Source: Candidatus Nomurabacteria bacterium (GTDB lineage: Bacteria; Patescibacteriota; Minisyncoccia; Phycocordibacterales; UBA9973). From it: a DNA stretch of 62,445 nt. The stretch is taken from contig JANPIZ010000003.1 of the NCBI GenBank assembly GCA_031425235.1, forward strand, positions 1 through 62,445. The letters are read 5' to 3'. The notes under the pieces are model-generated. The model did not search any database and was not told the DNA's origin. It was given only the letters and a program-made list of their open reading frames with translations. This document shows positions 9,953-20,059 of this stretch, piece by piece (within the stretch, counting starts at the first letter, position 1; each line of letters opens with the position of its first letter). Made by a program: the position numbers and the translations under genes.

Positions 9953-11212
9953 TTACTCAGAAATGCGAGAAATTTTATAAATCACTCCAGTTAGATCATC
10001 AGAGATATACATAGTTCCGCCTGGCATTATTTTTACGTCCGCTGGTCGGCCGTGTTTTTTTCCATCAGCTGTGAGCCAGCCCGTGATAAAATCTTCAGTA
10101 CCTAAATAGTTACCTTTGGCATCCATTTTAATCCGTACGAGTTTGTATCCTGTAGCAACTGACCTGTTCCATGAGCCATGATATGCCACAACTAAGTTGT
10201 ACCAATGATCTTCGGGCCAGCCTTCCTCAGGAATAAAATTAAGGCCAAGTGGAGCCGAGTGTGCTTGGAGGTCGACAAATGACGGAACAGTAGATGACTC
10301 AGTACATGGATTTCGAAGGTATTCACTTTTATCAAATTTATTGTCATGAACATTTTTCCCATAACAAAATGGCCAACCATAATTTTTACCTTTCTCTATG
10401 ATATTTATCTCGTCCGGAGGAATGTTGTCACCGAGACCATCACGTCCCATCTCAGTTGCGAAAACTTTGCCACTCACAGGATCAAGTGTCATAAAAGGAG
10501 CATTGCGGAGCCCTCGGGCATACACAGCCTTCTCTTTTGTTTTGATATTATAAGAAATCACAGACGCATAGTCGGGGGATTTTTCTTCGCATGCATCACA
10601 AGAAGAACCTACCGAGATAAGGAGTGTGTCTTCGTCGGGAGTTGGCAAGAACAAAAGCGAACGACTCGTATGTCTGTCGGTAAGTGATGAAGATATATCT
10701 ATAAGCTTTCTTTTATTCGTCAAACTCCATCCAGCCGAATCAGTACTTTCGTAATCATACACAGAGACTTGATGTACCTCAGCGACATAAAGCTCGCACT
10801 CACCTTTTGCACACTGCAACCCTCCACTATCATGATTGAGGCGTCTCGTGGCAATACCATGAGGCTTTTTTAAGCCGGATAAAACAGTGACAACCTTATC
10901 CGCTACGCCATTATTATCACGATCAGGAATTGCTACAATTTTACCTTCTGAGGGTAGGCTCACCAACATATCGCCCACTTCATCAAAAGCAATGACTCTG
11001 GCACCTGGTACATCTTTGGCAAATACTGTAGCTTTAAAACCTTCAGGAACTTTTAAATACGGTACCTCGACCCCACTCGTTTGTTCTGGCGAAGTGGCAG
11101 TCGACGGAACATTGATAACTCCTATGTTTTTCTTGAATAGAGTATAGCCGATCATAGCAAGGATAATCACTAGGCCAAGAATTCCAAAAATAATTTTAGT
11201 TTTTTTATTCAT
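9953..11212 (-). CDS. PQQ-dependent sugar (sorbosone/glucose) dehydrogenase-like beta-propeller
   Basis: Signal anchor plus GLRNAPFMTLDP...EMGRDGLGDNIPPDEINIIEKGKNYGWPFCYG. Confidence 0.75.
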   Translation of the reverse strand: MNKKTKIIFGILGLVIILAMIGYTLFKKNIGVINVPSTATSPEQTSGVEVPYLKVPEGFKATVFAKDVPGARVIAFDEVGDMLVSLPSEGKIVAIPDRDNNGVADKVVTVLSGLKKPHGIATRRLNHDSGGLQCAKGECELYVAEVHQVSVYDYESTDSAGWSLTNKRKLIDISSSLTDRHTSRSLLFLPTPDEDTLLISVGSSCDACEEKSPDYASVISYNIKTKEKAVYARGLRNAPFMTLDPVSGKVFATEMGRDGLGDNIPPDEINIIEKGKNYGWPFCYGKNVHDNKFDKSEYLRNPCTESSTVPSFVDLQAHSAPLGLNFIPEEGWPEDHWYNLVVAYHGSWNRSVATGYKLVRIKMDAKGNYLGTEDFITGWLTADGKKHGRPADVKIMPGGTMYISDDLTGVIYKISRISE

Positions 11213-11268
11213 AAAGTATGTGTTACGTATTAACTAGTGACGTACACTATGTTAGAAAAATTACACCT

Positions 11269-11421
11269 CTACTTGAAAGGGTTTTCGCCACGTATTACAC
11301 GGATAAGTATAAGTATAATAGCTACAATAAGTAGGAAATGTATAAAACTTCCAAGAATATTAAACCCAACAAAACCTAAAAGCCATAATACTATTAACAC
11401 TGCTGCAATTGTTGTAAGCAT
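11269..11421 (-). CDS. lmo0937-family small membrane protein (50 aa), absent from the ORF track
   Basis: My own translation: MLTTIAAVLIVLWLLGFVGFNILGSFIHFLLIVAIILILIRVIRGENPFK*. The first 8 codons are nearly identical to 3422-3574. Confidence 0.7.
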   Translation of the reverse strand: MLTTIAAVLIVLWLLGFVGFNILGSFIHFLLIVAIILILIRVIRGENPFK

Positions 11422-11539
11422 TGATTTTGTCAAAATCACATCGCGCAACTGTCCATTAAGGCGCGATGCACTTTGTAATTAAATATTAATACATTTATTA
11501 TAACTAAAAATCAAAGAAAAGCCACGCGTTTTTAAATAA

Positions 11540-12535
11540 TTATTGTGCTCCGCATTTTGATTTAAGGGCAGCAAGGTCAGCATCTGTCAACAAAAGGCTG
11601 TTGCCTTGGTTTAATTTATACATTATGGCCTTTGCGTCTTCCACATGGTCAAGGCCGAGCGCATGTCCGAGTTCGTGAGCAAGTACACGCACGAGCTTGT
11701 CGCGATCACTAAATTCATAAATATCTATTTCACTCGTCGAGCCATCACTTGTATACACACCCTCCTCGAAACTCTCGCCGCGAGATCCACTTGTCGTATT
11801 GTATGTATCAACGGAAAGATTGAGCGAGCCAATAAGCCGATTCACTGCGACCACAAGAGCGTTGATTTCATCTACTTTATTATTTAATTTATTTTGTGAA
11901 TTTTGTATTTGCTTTGATTCAGTTTTGAGCGCCGCTTGGCGAACCTGCAATTTATCAAATTCATCTTTAGGAGCACCGCCTCGAGCATTCCAATAATCTA
12001 CATCTTTTTCGTAGGTTTCCTGTTTTTGATTAAAAGCACTTACCCGGGTATTGAAAGCCTGCTTTTCTTGGTCATATTCCCTTTTTAGATTATCAAGTTT
12101 AAGCTTGAGTGCTTCGTATGAAGCTTTAGTATTATCTACAGCAATACCAAGGCTTTTTAATTTGGTGGTGGCTTGCTGGCGATAGTCGTACACTAAATTT
12201 ATTTTAAGTGTGTCACTACTTGAGTCAGACGCAGCATAATCAAATAAATTCTTGCCATATGGTTTTTCCCAAATAGCTTCAGCTTCAGAAAGTGCACTCA
12301 AAAAATATGTTTCTGAAATACCAAACTTAGTATCAAAATTACCGAGAGTATATGGGAGCGGTTCAATACACGGATTAATACCGAGAAGCCCCAGCTTATC
12401 CTTGATACTATGTATATATGGTTCGAATTTCTGATGAAGTTCAAATCGAAAATGAAACGCGATAGCAAACAGTCCCACAATAAAAATAATTTTTAAAATG
12501 TTTCTCATGACCCATATATTGTACAACATAAACAA
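11540..12535 (-). CDS. Matrixin-type zinc metalloprotease with a coiled-coil region
   Basis: C-terminal HELGHALGLDHVEDAKAIMY. N-terminal TM anchor. The true start may be the Met at about 12508. Confidence 0.8.
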   Translation of the reverse strand: MFMLYNIWVMRNILKIIFIVGLFAIAFHFRFELHQKFEPYIHSIKDKLGLLGINPCIEPLPYTLGNFDTKFGISETYFLSALSEAEAIWEKPYGKNLFDYAASDSSSDTLKINLVYDYRQQATTKLKSLGIAVDNTKASYEALKLKLDNLKREYDQEKQAFNTRVSAFNQKQETYEKDVDYWNARGGAPKDEFDKLQVRQAALKTESKQIQNSQNKLNNKVDEINALVVAVNRLIGSLNLSVDTYNTTSGSRGESFEEGVYTSDGSTSEIDIYEFSDRDKLVRVLAHELGHALGLDHVEDAKAIMYKLNQGNSLLLTDADLAALKSKCGAQ

Positions 12536-12610
12536 GAAAATCCGCCACTACGAATTCTCTCGTTGGTTGCGGATTGTTTTTTTATTCACTGCTAGTGGAC
12601 AATGAAATTT

Positions 12611-12835
12611 TTATTTAGTTTTAATTTCGATGATTTCCTTTTCGGCTAGATATACAATTTCTATCCAGAATTCTGCACTAGATTTCCCCCTATTACTAGG
12701 AGTATTAATAATCTTCCAGTCTTCTGGTCTCAATTCGCCACTATTAAGAAAATCACAAAGTTCGTTTGAATATAAGCCCTTCTTGAACCATTTTTTTGCG
12801 TACATAACTAATTGCCTCCATTCTCTATATAACAC
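12611..12835 (-). CDS. Hypothetical protein
   Basis: 74-aa ORF with no motif recognised. Confidence 0.35.
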   Translation of the reverse strand: MLYREWRQLVMYAKKWFKKGLYSNELCDFLNSGELRPEDWKIINTPSNRGKSSAEFWIEIVYLAEKEIIEIKTK

Positions 12836-12840
12836 ATATC

Positions 12841-12871
12841 AAAAAAACCTCAAGTAATCTTGAGTTTTTTT
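12841..12871. terminator. Rho-independent terminator
   Basis: aaaaaaac-ctcaag-taat-cttgag-ttttttt. Confidence 0.75.
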
Positions 12872-12880
12872 GATTACTAT

Positions 12881-13885
12881 TTATTTCTCGGTCAATGTAT
12901 ACCGATCAAGTATAGCTTCGAAAATAAGTGGAGCGACGATAGTCGCGTCGGATTCGATCACAAACATTGGAGTGTCTTTCGTAAGTTTATCCCAGGTAAT
13001 TTTTTCATTTGGAGTCGCACCTGAATATGAACCATACGAAGTCGTACTATCTGAAATTTGGCAGAAATATCCCCAAGGGCGAACAGGTTGTTTTAAATCG
13101 TACTTGATTGAAGGCACCACGCAGATAGGGAAATCGCCCGAAATACCTCCCCCGATCTGAAAGAATCCAAGTCCAGGACCATCCTTGGAAAGCTCTTGAT
13201 ATGAATCATACAATGACATCATGTATTCAATACCTGATTTCATGACAGTTGTTTTCACTTCCTCGCTTTTACAGTATCCAGTAAATATGTTTCCGAGCGT
13301 TGAGTCTTCCCAACCTGGGACAACCATTGGCAAATTCTTCTTTGCAGCTTCGAGAAGCCAGCAATGTTCTGGGTTACCCTCATACTTCCCTTTCAATTCA
13401 TCAGACAATAATATTTGATAAAAATATTCATGGGGGAAATATCTCTCACCTTTTGCTTCGGCATCTTTCCACCTTTTTAAAATAATAGGCTCTACGACAC
13501 GAAATGCTTCCTCTTCTGGGATAGATGTGTCAGTAACCCTGCGCTCACCTCTTTCAAGTATTTTTTCATCATCCTCTTTCGTGAAATATCTATAATCTGG
13601 GTAATCTTTGTAGCTATCGTGAGCGACCAACCGAAACACGGATTCTTCTAAATTCGCACCTGTGCAAGAAATAGCGTGAATTTTACCCTCTTTGATCATT
13701 GAAGCTAATGTTACTCCCATCTGTGCGGAAGACATAGCTCCGCCCATGGCAAGCATCATTTTGCCCCCTTCGTCTAAATGCTTCTTGAAGGCGATAGTGG
13801 CGTCCTTCATAGCCCGGGAGTTAAAATTGTGAAATAATTTTTGAAACAAACCTAGTATTGAAAGCTCTTTGTTGTCATTATTCAT
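12881..13885 (-). CDS. Deoxyhypusine synthase-like family protein
   Basis: 334 aa with GGAMSSAQMG, ISCTGANLEE and a C-terminal ...EKITWDK region resembling DHS-family proteins. Confidence 0.65.
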   Translation of the reverse strand: MNNDNKELSILGLFQKLFHNFNSRAMKDATIAFKKHLDEGGKMMLAMGGAMSSAQMGVTLASMIKEGKIHAISCTGANLEESVFRLVAHDSYKDYPDYRYFTKEDDEKILERGERRVTDTSIPEEEAFRVVEPIILKRWKDAEAKGERYFPHEYFYQILLSDELKGKYEGNPEHCWLLEAAKKNLPMVVPGWEDSTLGNIFTGYCKSEEVKTTVMKSGIEYMMSLYDSYQELSKDGPGLGFFQIGGGISGDFPICVVPSIKYDLKQPVRPWGYFCQISDSTTSYGSYSGATPNEKITWDKLTKDTPMFVIESDATIVAPLIFEAILDRYTLTEK

Positions 13886-14010
13886 ATATTATAGTATACC
13901 CCGTAGTGAAACTTTTTTCAAAGTTCTACTACAGGGTATACAAAATTATTTACAAAAAATATAGTAGACTTGGTTGCCTTTTTGGGTCCATTATGCAATA
14001 ATAAGCCTAT

Positions 14011-14250
14011 ATGAATCTAGTAGTGCAAATTCTGCCGTATGCGCAGATTATCCTTTCAGTAATATTGGTAACAGCGATCCTACTTCAGCAATCTGGAGCA
14101 GGGTTAGGAGGTGCTCTAGGCGGCGGCGATACAGGCAGTTTTCACAGTACTCGCCGTGGTTTTGAAAAGTTTCTTTTTTACTTGTCTATAGTGTGTAGTA
14201 TTCTTTTTGCTTTGTTAGCATTTTTATCTATACTTGTGAAAGCAGCATAG
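14011..14250 (+). CDS. secG: Preprotein translocase subunit SecG
   Basis: Two TM helices flanking LLQQSGAGLGGALGGG...RRG. Confidence 0.8.
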   Translation: MNLVVQILPYAQIILSVILVTAILLQQSGAGLGGALGGGDTGSFHSTRRGFEKFLFYLSIVCSILFALLAFLSILVKAA

Positions 14251-14302
14251 CGCTCCTTTGTATCTCGTATACTTCTAGATATCTTTTTAAATTTTAAGTT
14301 TT

Positions 14303-16108
14303 ATGGAAAACCCCTATACCCGTGTCCGCCAGTTGAAAACTGCGCTTGGATTACCAACAAAATCTAAAATAAACGCTGCGCTTTTCTCTTTTTCGAAACG
14401 AGAACGAGTTATCTTCTCTGCGCTCGTGCTCGTACTCCTTGTGAGCACGTTACTTATATTAAACAGTATTAACAGATACTTTATGGTCACTAAACCCACG
14501 TATGGTGGATCTATATCAGAAGGTGTAATAGGTACGCCCCGATTTATAAATCCCGTACTCGCCTTCACCGATGCTGACAAAGATTTGGTTTCGCTCATAT
14601 ACTCGGGACTTATGCGTAAAGACACAGCTGGCAACCTGATCCCTGATCTGGCAAAAACATATACTATATCAAACGATGGTCTGTCCTATACCTTTGTATT
14701 GAAAGACGAAATTTATTTCCATGATGGAAAACCTGTCACTGTCGACGACGTGATATTTACGATAGACACAGTACAGGATTCTATTATAAAAAGTCCACAT
14801 AAATCAAATTGGGATGGAGTGACTGTGTTAAAAATAGATGACAAGACTATCGAATTTAGGCTCAAGCAACCGTATGCATTGTTCTTAGAAAATGTAACTC
14901 TCGGTATTATGCCAGCGCACTTATGGAGTGATACTCCAGTAGAATTAAGCGCGGTAAATATCCATCCTATTGGATCAGGCCCTTACATGATTACCAAGGT
15001 AAACAAGTTGTCGTCAGGATCCATTGATTCTTATGATTTAACAACATTTAAAAAATTTGCTCTTGGTAAGCCGTACCTAAAAAACATTAGTATCCATTTT
15101 TATTCCAATGAAGATGCTATGATTAAAGCTCTTCAAAACAATGAAGTGAAACAAATCAGCTCAATCACTCCCTTAAACGCAGAACTTCTGAAGAAGGATG
15201 GATACCGAGTGGAATCAGCAACGCTCCCGAGAGTGTTCGGACTTTTCTTCAATCAAAACAACAATCGAATTTTTATTGATAAGACAATAGTCAAAGCAAT
15301 TAACGATGCGATCGATAAAGATAGATTAGTCAGCGAGGTGCTCGGTGGATATGGAGTGACTATAGATCAACCGATACCGCCAACTTTCGTACAGTATCAA
15401 AAATTAACAAATGATACTCCTCTCGGTCGCGTCGAAATATTACAAAAAGTACAAAAAAGTTTAAGCGACGCGGGGTGGACGAAAAATGTTGATGGGTTTT
15501 TAGAAAAAAGTACACAAGAGAAAAAAGTAGTAAAGCAAGGCACAAAAACTGTCACAGTAAGTGGCAAAACAACCACGACTCCCCTTGAATTTACTATTTC
15601 TACGAGCAATGCGCCAGAACTTGTAAAAGCTGCAGATATCATAAAACAAAATTTAGCCGATATTGGAATAAAGGTTGATGTACAAACTTTTGATGTGAAT
15701 AGTCTCAACCAAGACATCATCCGCCCAAGGCAATATGATGCGCTCTTATTCGGACAAATTATAAATAATGAATCTGACCTATTTGCCTTCTGGCATTCTT
15801 CGCAACGAAAAGACCCGGGACTCAATATAGCAATGTATACAAATTCGAATGTAGATAAAATTCTAGAAGATGCATTTATAACGGTAGATAAAGATGAACG
15901 AATTAAAAAGTATGTTAAGTTTGAGAGTGAAATAGAAAAAGATATGCCCGCAATCTTTCTCTACAGTCCAGATTATATATATATAGTGTCAAATGACATA
16001 CTCGGATTATCTATGAACCATATTACGTATCCCTCAAACCGCTTTGTGGATGTACATGCATGGTATACGGAAAAGTATGGGGTATGGAAAGTATTTACAA
16101 AATATTAA
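14303..16108 (+). CDS. ABC transporter substrate-binding protein, family 5 (peptide/nickel type)
   Basis: 601 aa with an N-terminal anchor. Family-5 SBP-like regions: DGLSYTFVLKDEIYFHDGKPVTVDDVIFT and GSGPY. Confidence 0.75.
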   Translation: MENPYTRVRQLKTALGLPTKSKINAALFSFSKRERVIFSALVLVLLVSTLLILNSINRYFMVTKPTYGGSISEGVIGTPRFINPVLAFTDADKDLVSLIYSGLMRKDTAGNLIPDLAKTYTISNDGLSYTFVLKDEIYFHDGKPVTVDDVIFTIDTVQDSIIKSPHKSNWDGVTVLKIDDKTIEFRLKQPYALFLENVTLGIMPAHLWSDTPVELSAVNIHPIGSGPYMITKVNKLSSGSIDSYDLTTFKKFALGKPYLKNISIHFYSNEDAMIKALQNNEVKQISSITPLNAELLKKDGYRVESATLPRVFGLFFNQNNNRIFIDKTIVKAINDAIDKDRLVSEVLGGYGVTIDQPIPPTFVQYQKLTNDTPLGRVEILQKVQKSLSDAGWTKNVDGFLEKSTQEKKVVKQGTKTVTVSGKTTTTPLEFTISTSNAPELVKAADIIKQNLADIGIKVDVQTFDVNSLNQDIIRPRQYDALLFGQIINNESDLFAFWHSSQRKDPGLNIAMYTNSNVDKILEDAFITVDKDERIKKYVKFESEIEKDMPAIFLYSPDYIYIVSNDILGLSMNHITYPSNRFVDVHAWYTEKYGVWKVFTKY

Positions 16109-16187
16109 TTACTAAAACATTAACAATTAACATCAATGTAGGGTTCGAACCCGACTATAAAGCATTGATATAAGAATAAATATAAGA

Positions 16188-18125
16188 ATGAAAAAAACAC
16201 GATTACCATTTAGTTCTCTCAGTATTGAGGAGGGAAAAAAATCAAAACCGACGGCACATACTCCCACACACTCAAGTGTAGAAGGAGGACATCGGCCAAC
16301 ACGCACAAATGACAAACCGAGGGGAGCGAATAAAACCAAGTCATCAAAAAGCTCAACCTATCAGTATTCCAAAGGTGGACGTGGTGGTGGACGACCCCCA
16401 GCAAAAAGGGATAACAAGCCCAATGAAAGCAAAATCCCAGCAGTAGAAAAAGGTACTATTCGGGTTATCGTGCTTGGTGGTGTCGAAGAAGTAGGTAGAA
16501 ATATGATGCTCATCGAGTCAGAGCACGATATTGTCGTGCTCGATGTCGGATTTCACTTTATAGACGAAGAAGCAACCATGGGTGCTGACTTCACGTTGCC
16601 AAACTTCAAATATCTTGAAGAGCGGAAAGAAAAAATTAGAGCTGTAGCTATCACCCACGGACACTTGGACCACATCGGCGGTATTCCTTTTATCATGGAA
16701 CGTATCGGCAACCCACCAATCTTTGCGCAGTATTTGACGACACTCATGATAAAAAAAAGACAAGAAGAATTTCCTACACAGAAACCACTCACGTTGAACG
16801 TCGTTGATCCAGATACAGTGGTAAGATTTAACGAACTCAGTCTCGGGTTTTTCCCTGTATTCCACTCCATCCCAGATTCTATGGGCATCAAAGTCATGAC
16901 TCCATTTGGTAATATTCTCGTTTCTGGTGATATGAAACTAGAACACGAAAATAACCGCCCTACACCAAAAGAAGAGAAAAAATGGACTACACTCGGGAAA
17001 GAAAAACCTTTACTTATGATCGCCGACTCTACAAGTGCGGAACTTCCTGGATTTTCAATTTCTGAAAAGGAAGTTCAGAAAAATATTGAAGAAATTATTC
17101 GGACAACAAGTGGACGACTCATCATCGGTACCTTTGCATCACAATTCGATCGCTTGATCAAAATCGTGGAAATTTGTGAACATTTTAATAAGAAAATAAT
17201 CCCAGAAGGACGAAGCATTAAAAATAACTTGGAGATAGCAAAACTCGCAGGGCTTTTGAAGCCAAAGGATGACACCTTCATAAATGCACAGGATGTAGAC
17301 AACTACCCACCAAATAAAATCGTAATCATTGCCACAGGTGCCCAAGGTGAAGAATTCGCCGCCCTCATGCGTATGGCTACAAATCAGCATAAATATTTGC
17401 GTCTCGGAACCACAGACACTGTAATGCTTTCATCTTCAGCAATCCCCGGAAATGAAGTAAATATACAAAAATTAAAAGATAAACTCTATAGACATGACCT
17501 CACGCTTATTCACTATGGAACAGCAGAAGTGCATTCAGGTGGACATGGGCGACAAGAAGATCTTGTACTCATCAACAAGATGGTAAGTCCAAAATTCTTT
17601 ATGCCAGGCTACGGTAGTCATTTCATGCTTCGCATTCATGCCCAGCTCATTCATGAACGAAACAATGTTCCAAAAGAAAATATAGTTGTACCAGATAATG
17701 GAATGATCATAGAACTTCGAGACGAAGGAACTAAACTAACTGTACGTAAAGAAAAAGCGCCAGCTAGCCTCATGGTGGTGGACGGACTCTCTATCGGCGA
17801 TGTACAGGAAGTAGTTATGCGCGATCGATCGATGCTTGCTCAAGATGGGATGTTCGTAATCATTGCCCTCCTCGATCAAAAAACGGGTAAACTCAAAAAG
17901 TCCCCCGACCTTATTTCACGTGGATTTGTATACCTCAAAGAAAATCAAGAGCTCTTGCGTCAGGTACGAATTGTTATTAAAAAATTAGTAGAAACTCAAA
18001 CAAGTAAATCAACTCTCGTAGACTTTGACAAAATCAAAATGGAACTCGGTGAAAACGTTTCTAAATTCTTATACCAAAAAACAGAGAAAAGGCCTTTGGT
18101 TATACCAGTAATATTAAGTGTATAA
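16188..18125 (+). CDS. rnj: Ribonuclease J with a ~90-aa basic Gly/Lys/Arg/Pro-rich N-terminal extension
   Basis: The metallo-beta-lactamase motif ITHGHLDHIGG and the beta-CASP and C-terminal domain lengths fit RNase J. Confidence 0.9.
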   Translation: MKKTRLPFSSLSIEEGKKSKPTAHTPTHSSVEGGHRPTRTNDKPRGANKTKSSKSSTYQYSKGGRGGGRPPAKRDNKPNESKIPAVEKGTIRVIVLGGVEEVGRNMMLIESEHDIVVLDVGFHFIDEEATMGADFTLPNFKYLEERKEKIRAVAITHGHLDHIGGIPFIMERIGNPPIFAQYLTTLMIKKRQEEFPTQKPLTLNVVDPDTVVRFNELSLGFFPVFHSIPDSMGIKVMTPFGNILVSGDMKLEHENNRPTPKEEKKWTTLGKEKPLLMIADSTSAELPGFSISEKEVQKNIEEIIRTTSGRLIIGTFASQFDRLIKIVEICEHFNKKIIPEGRSIKNNLEIAKLAGLLKPKDDTFINAQDVDNYPPNKIVIIATGAQGEEFAALMRMATNQHKYLRLGTTDTVMLSSSAIPGNEVNIQKLKDKLYRHDLTLIHYGTAEVHSGGHGRQEDLVLINKMVSPKFFMPGYGSHFMLRIHAQLIHERNNVPKENIVVPDNGMIIELRDEGTKLTVRKEKAPASLMVVDGLSIGDVQEVVMRDRSMLAQDGMFVIIALLDQKTGKLKKSPDLISRGFVYLKENQELLRQVRIVIKKLVETQTSKSTLVDFDKIKMELGENVSKFLYQKTEKRPLVIPVILSV

Positions 18126-18126
18126 A

Positions 18127-19287
18127 ATGTTCAAAGATAGCCCAAAACTTAAAAAAATCTTCCTGGCGGGATTTTTATTATCTTTTCACGTTGCTTTAAC
18201 AGCTTATATTAACTCGAGCTTTCTGTCTTCTTTTGTTGGTGAAAGTTGGGTTAGTGTAATTTATATATTTGGAGCGGCTTTTTCAATTTCTGCGTTACTA
18301 TTCATACCTAGAATATTGAGCATGGTAGGTAATCATAAATTTTTACTATGGTCAGTTGGGCTAGGAGCGGCGGCTCTTATATCTTTGTCTATGTTTTCGA
18401 GTCCTTGGATAATATTGCCTGTATTCGTTATATATCTTACATTAAATAGTATAACGTTCTTTCTACTTGATGAGCTCGTAGAAATATTTTCTAAAAACTC
18501 CGGAATTGGAAAAACTCGAGGATTTTATCTCGCTATTGTATCACTTGCCTGGGTGATAGCTCAGAGTATTTTTGGAAAGATACTTAACAGTTCTTCGTTT
18601 AATACTCTTTACTTTGCAGCTTTTTGCGTAATGGCTGCTTTATGGATGATTGTTTTTTTCTACTTAAAAGAAATACCTGACCCAAAATATGATAAAGAAA
18701 AAATTTTGCCAACACTGAAAAAATTCTTTAAAAATAAAAATTTATTCCGTGCTTATAAAATAAACTTTCTTTTGCAGTTTTTCTATACATGGATGGTTAT
18801 TTATACGCCAATATATCTACATGCCCACCTCGGCTTTTCTTGGGGTGAAATAGGAACGATATTTACCATAATGCTTACTCCTTTTGTTTTTATGCCATTA
18901 CCTCTAGGAAAATATTCCGACAAAATAGGTGAAAGAACCATATTGATACTTGGTTTTCTTTTAATATCATTTGCAACATTGTTTTTATTTTTTATACAAC
19001 AACATGAACTTTGGATTTGGGCACTCGCCTTATTCGCGACTAGAGTAGGTGCGGCAACAGTCGAAACCATGAGTGATGTTTATTTTTTTAAACATATAAA
19101 TCCAGAGAATGCTGAATTTATAGGGATTTATCGAAACACTGTTCCAGTCGCATATGCGATCGGGCCTCTCGTTGCATTTAGCGTTTTGTTGTTTGTTCCC
19201 TCTTTTAACTATTTGTATATTATATTGGGAACTTTTATGCTATTTGGTATCTACCTTGCTTCAACTATTGAAAAAAATGATATTTAA
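18127..19287 (+). CDS. MFS transporter
   Basis: About 12 hydrophobic segments and a GKYSDKIGER loop motif. ATG at 18127 preferred over the GTG at 18118. Confidence 0.75.
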   Translation: MFKDSPKLKKIFLAGFLLSFHVALTAYINSSFLSSFVGESWVSVIYIFGAAFSISALLFIPRILSMVGNHKFLLWSVGLGAAALISLSMFSSPWIILPVFVIYLTLNSITFFLLDELVEIFSKNSGIGKTRGFYLAIVSLAWVIAQSIFGKILNSSSFNTLYFAAFCVMAALWMIVFFYLKEIPDPKYDKEKILPTLKKFFKNKNLFRAYKINFLLQFFYTWMVIYTPIYLHAHLGFSWGEIGTIFTIMLTPFVFMPLPLGKYSDKIGERTILILGFLLISFATLFLFFIQQHELWIWALALFATRVGAATVETMSDVYFFKHINPENAEFIGIYRNTVPVAYAIGPLVAFSVLLFVPSFNYLYIILGTFMLFGIYLASTIEKNDI

Positions 19288-19773
19288 CTATTTCTTTAAT
19301 AAACTATTTTTATATATTTTTTCTTTATATGGTTTAAGTCGTACTACTTTCACGGTGAGGCCGTTATCCTTCAAATTTTGTTTTAAATTTTTTACATACT
19401 CTTTTTGGTCATAACCGAGTGCAATGATATCAGGGCGTTGCTTAAGAATATGAGGAACATGCTCAGAAACACCAGATAAAACGACTTTGTCGACCATGCC
19501 GCAATCTTTCACTAACTCCATACGTTCCTTTTCATTGAAAACGGGTAACTTCCCTTTTATTTTTAGAACATTTTTGTCTCGAGCTATAGAAACAATCAGA
19601 AAAGTTTTTGTTGCAAGCTTTTTCGCTTGTTCAAATAAATTCAAATGCCCCTTGTGGAGCCCATCAAAGGTTCCAAAAATCATTATTTTTAGCCGCTCAG
19701 ATGGCGGGTTCTTTTCCACAGGCTGTTTTGACATAATGTAGAGTAAGTATACCCGGTTAGTAGATTTTGGCAA
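19288..19773 (-). CDS. Cytidylyltransferase-like (HxGH) nucleotidyltransferase
   Basis: FGTFDGLHKGHLNLF motif. The true start is probably an internal Met (MSKQ... or MIFGTF...). Confidence 0.7.
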   Translation of the reverse strand: MPKSTNRVYLLYIMSKQPVEKNPPSERLKIMIFGTFDGLHKGHLNLFEQAKKLATKTFLIVSIARDKNVLKIKGKLPVFNEKERMELVKDCGMVDKVVLSGVSEHVPHILKQRPDIIALGYDQKEYVKNLKQNLKDNGLTVKVVRLKPYKEKIYKNSLLKK

Positions 19774-19802
19774 AGCTTATAAAACAAGCGTGCTTTTGCA
19801 CA

Positions 19803-19831
19803 TTGCCAAAATTCACTACCGGGTATATACT
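19803..19831 (+). promoter_or_regulatory. Sigma-70-type promoter for the riboswitch transcript
   Basis: TTGCCA, 17-nt spacer, TATACT. Confidence 0.5.
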
Positions 19832-19852
19832 ATATTAGTTCATTGGAAAATT

Positions 19853-19960
19853 TAGAGAATTGATTGGGGAAACTGGTTAGATTCCAGTACAGTGCCGCTA
19901 CGGTAAGTCCCGATACGCTCACAAGCATATCGAGGAACAAGTCCGAATACCAATCATTTG
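19853..19960 (+). promoter_or_regulatory. Cobalamin (B12) riboswitch aptamer
   Basis: GGGGAAACTGGTTAGATTCCAGTACAGTGCCGCTACGGTAAG core plus a B12-box-like AAGTCCGAATACC. The P1 stem pairs tgattgg with ccaatca. Confidence 0.8.
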
Positions 19961-20017
19961 ATGTGTTTATTTAGTCCCGAGCAGGATAGGTTCTCATTTT
20001 TTTGAGGCCCTTATAAA

Positions 20018-20042
20018 TTCTGCCCGAGCAGAATTTTTTTTG
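20018..20042 (+). terminator. Riboswitch expression-platform terminator
   Basis: ttctgc-ccga-gcagaa followed by a run of 9 T. Confidence 0.7.
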
Positions 20043-20059
20043 TGCCTAATTTATATATC

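Noticed and set aside
16132-16169. The string gggttcgaaccc (T-loop-like) inside the hairpin atcaatg...cattgat, downstream of the SBP gene.
   Set aside because: No cloverleaf can be built around it. It is most likely just a transcript-end hairpin.
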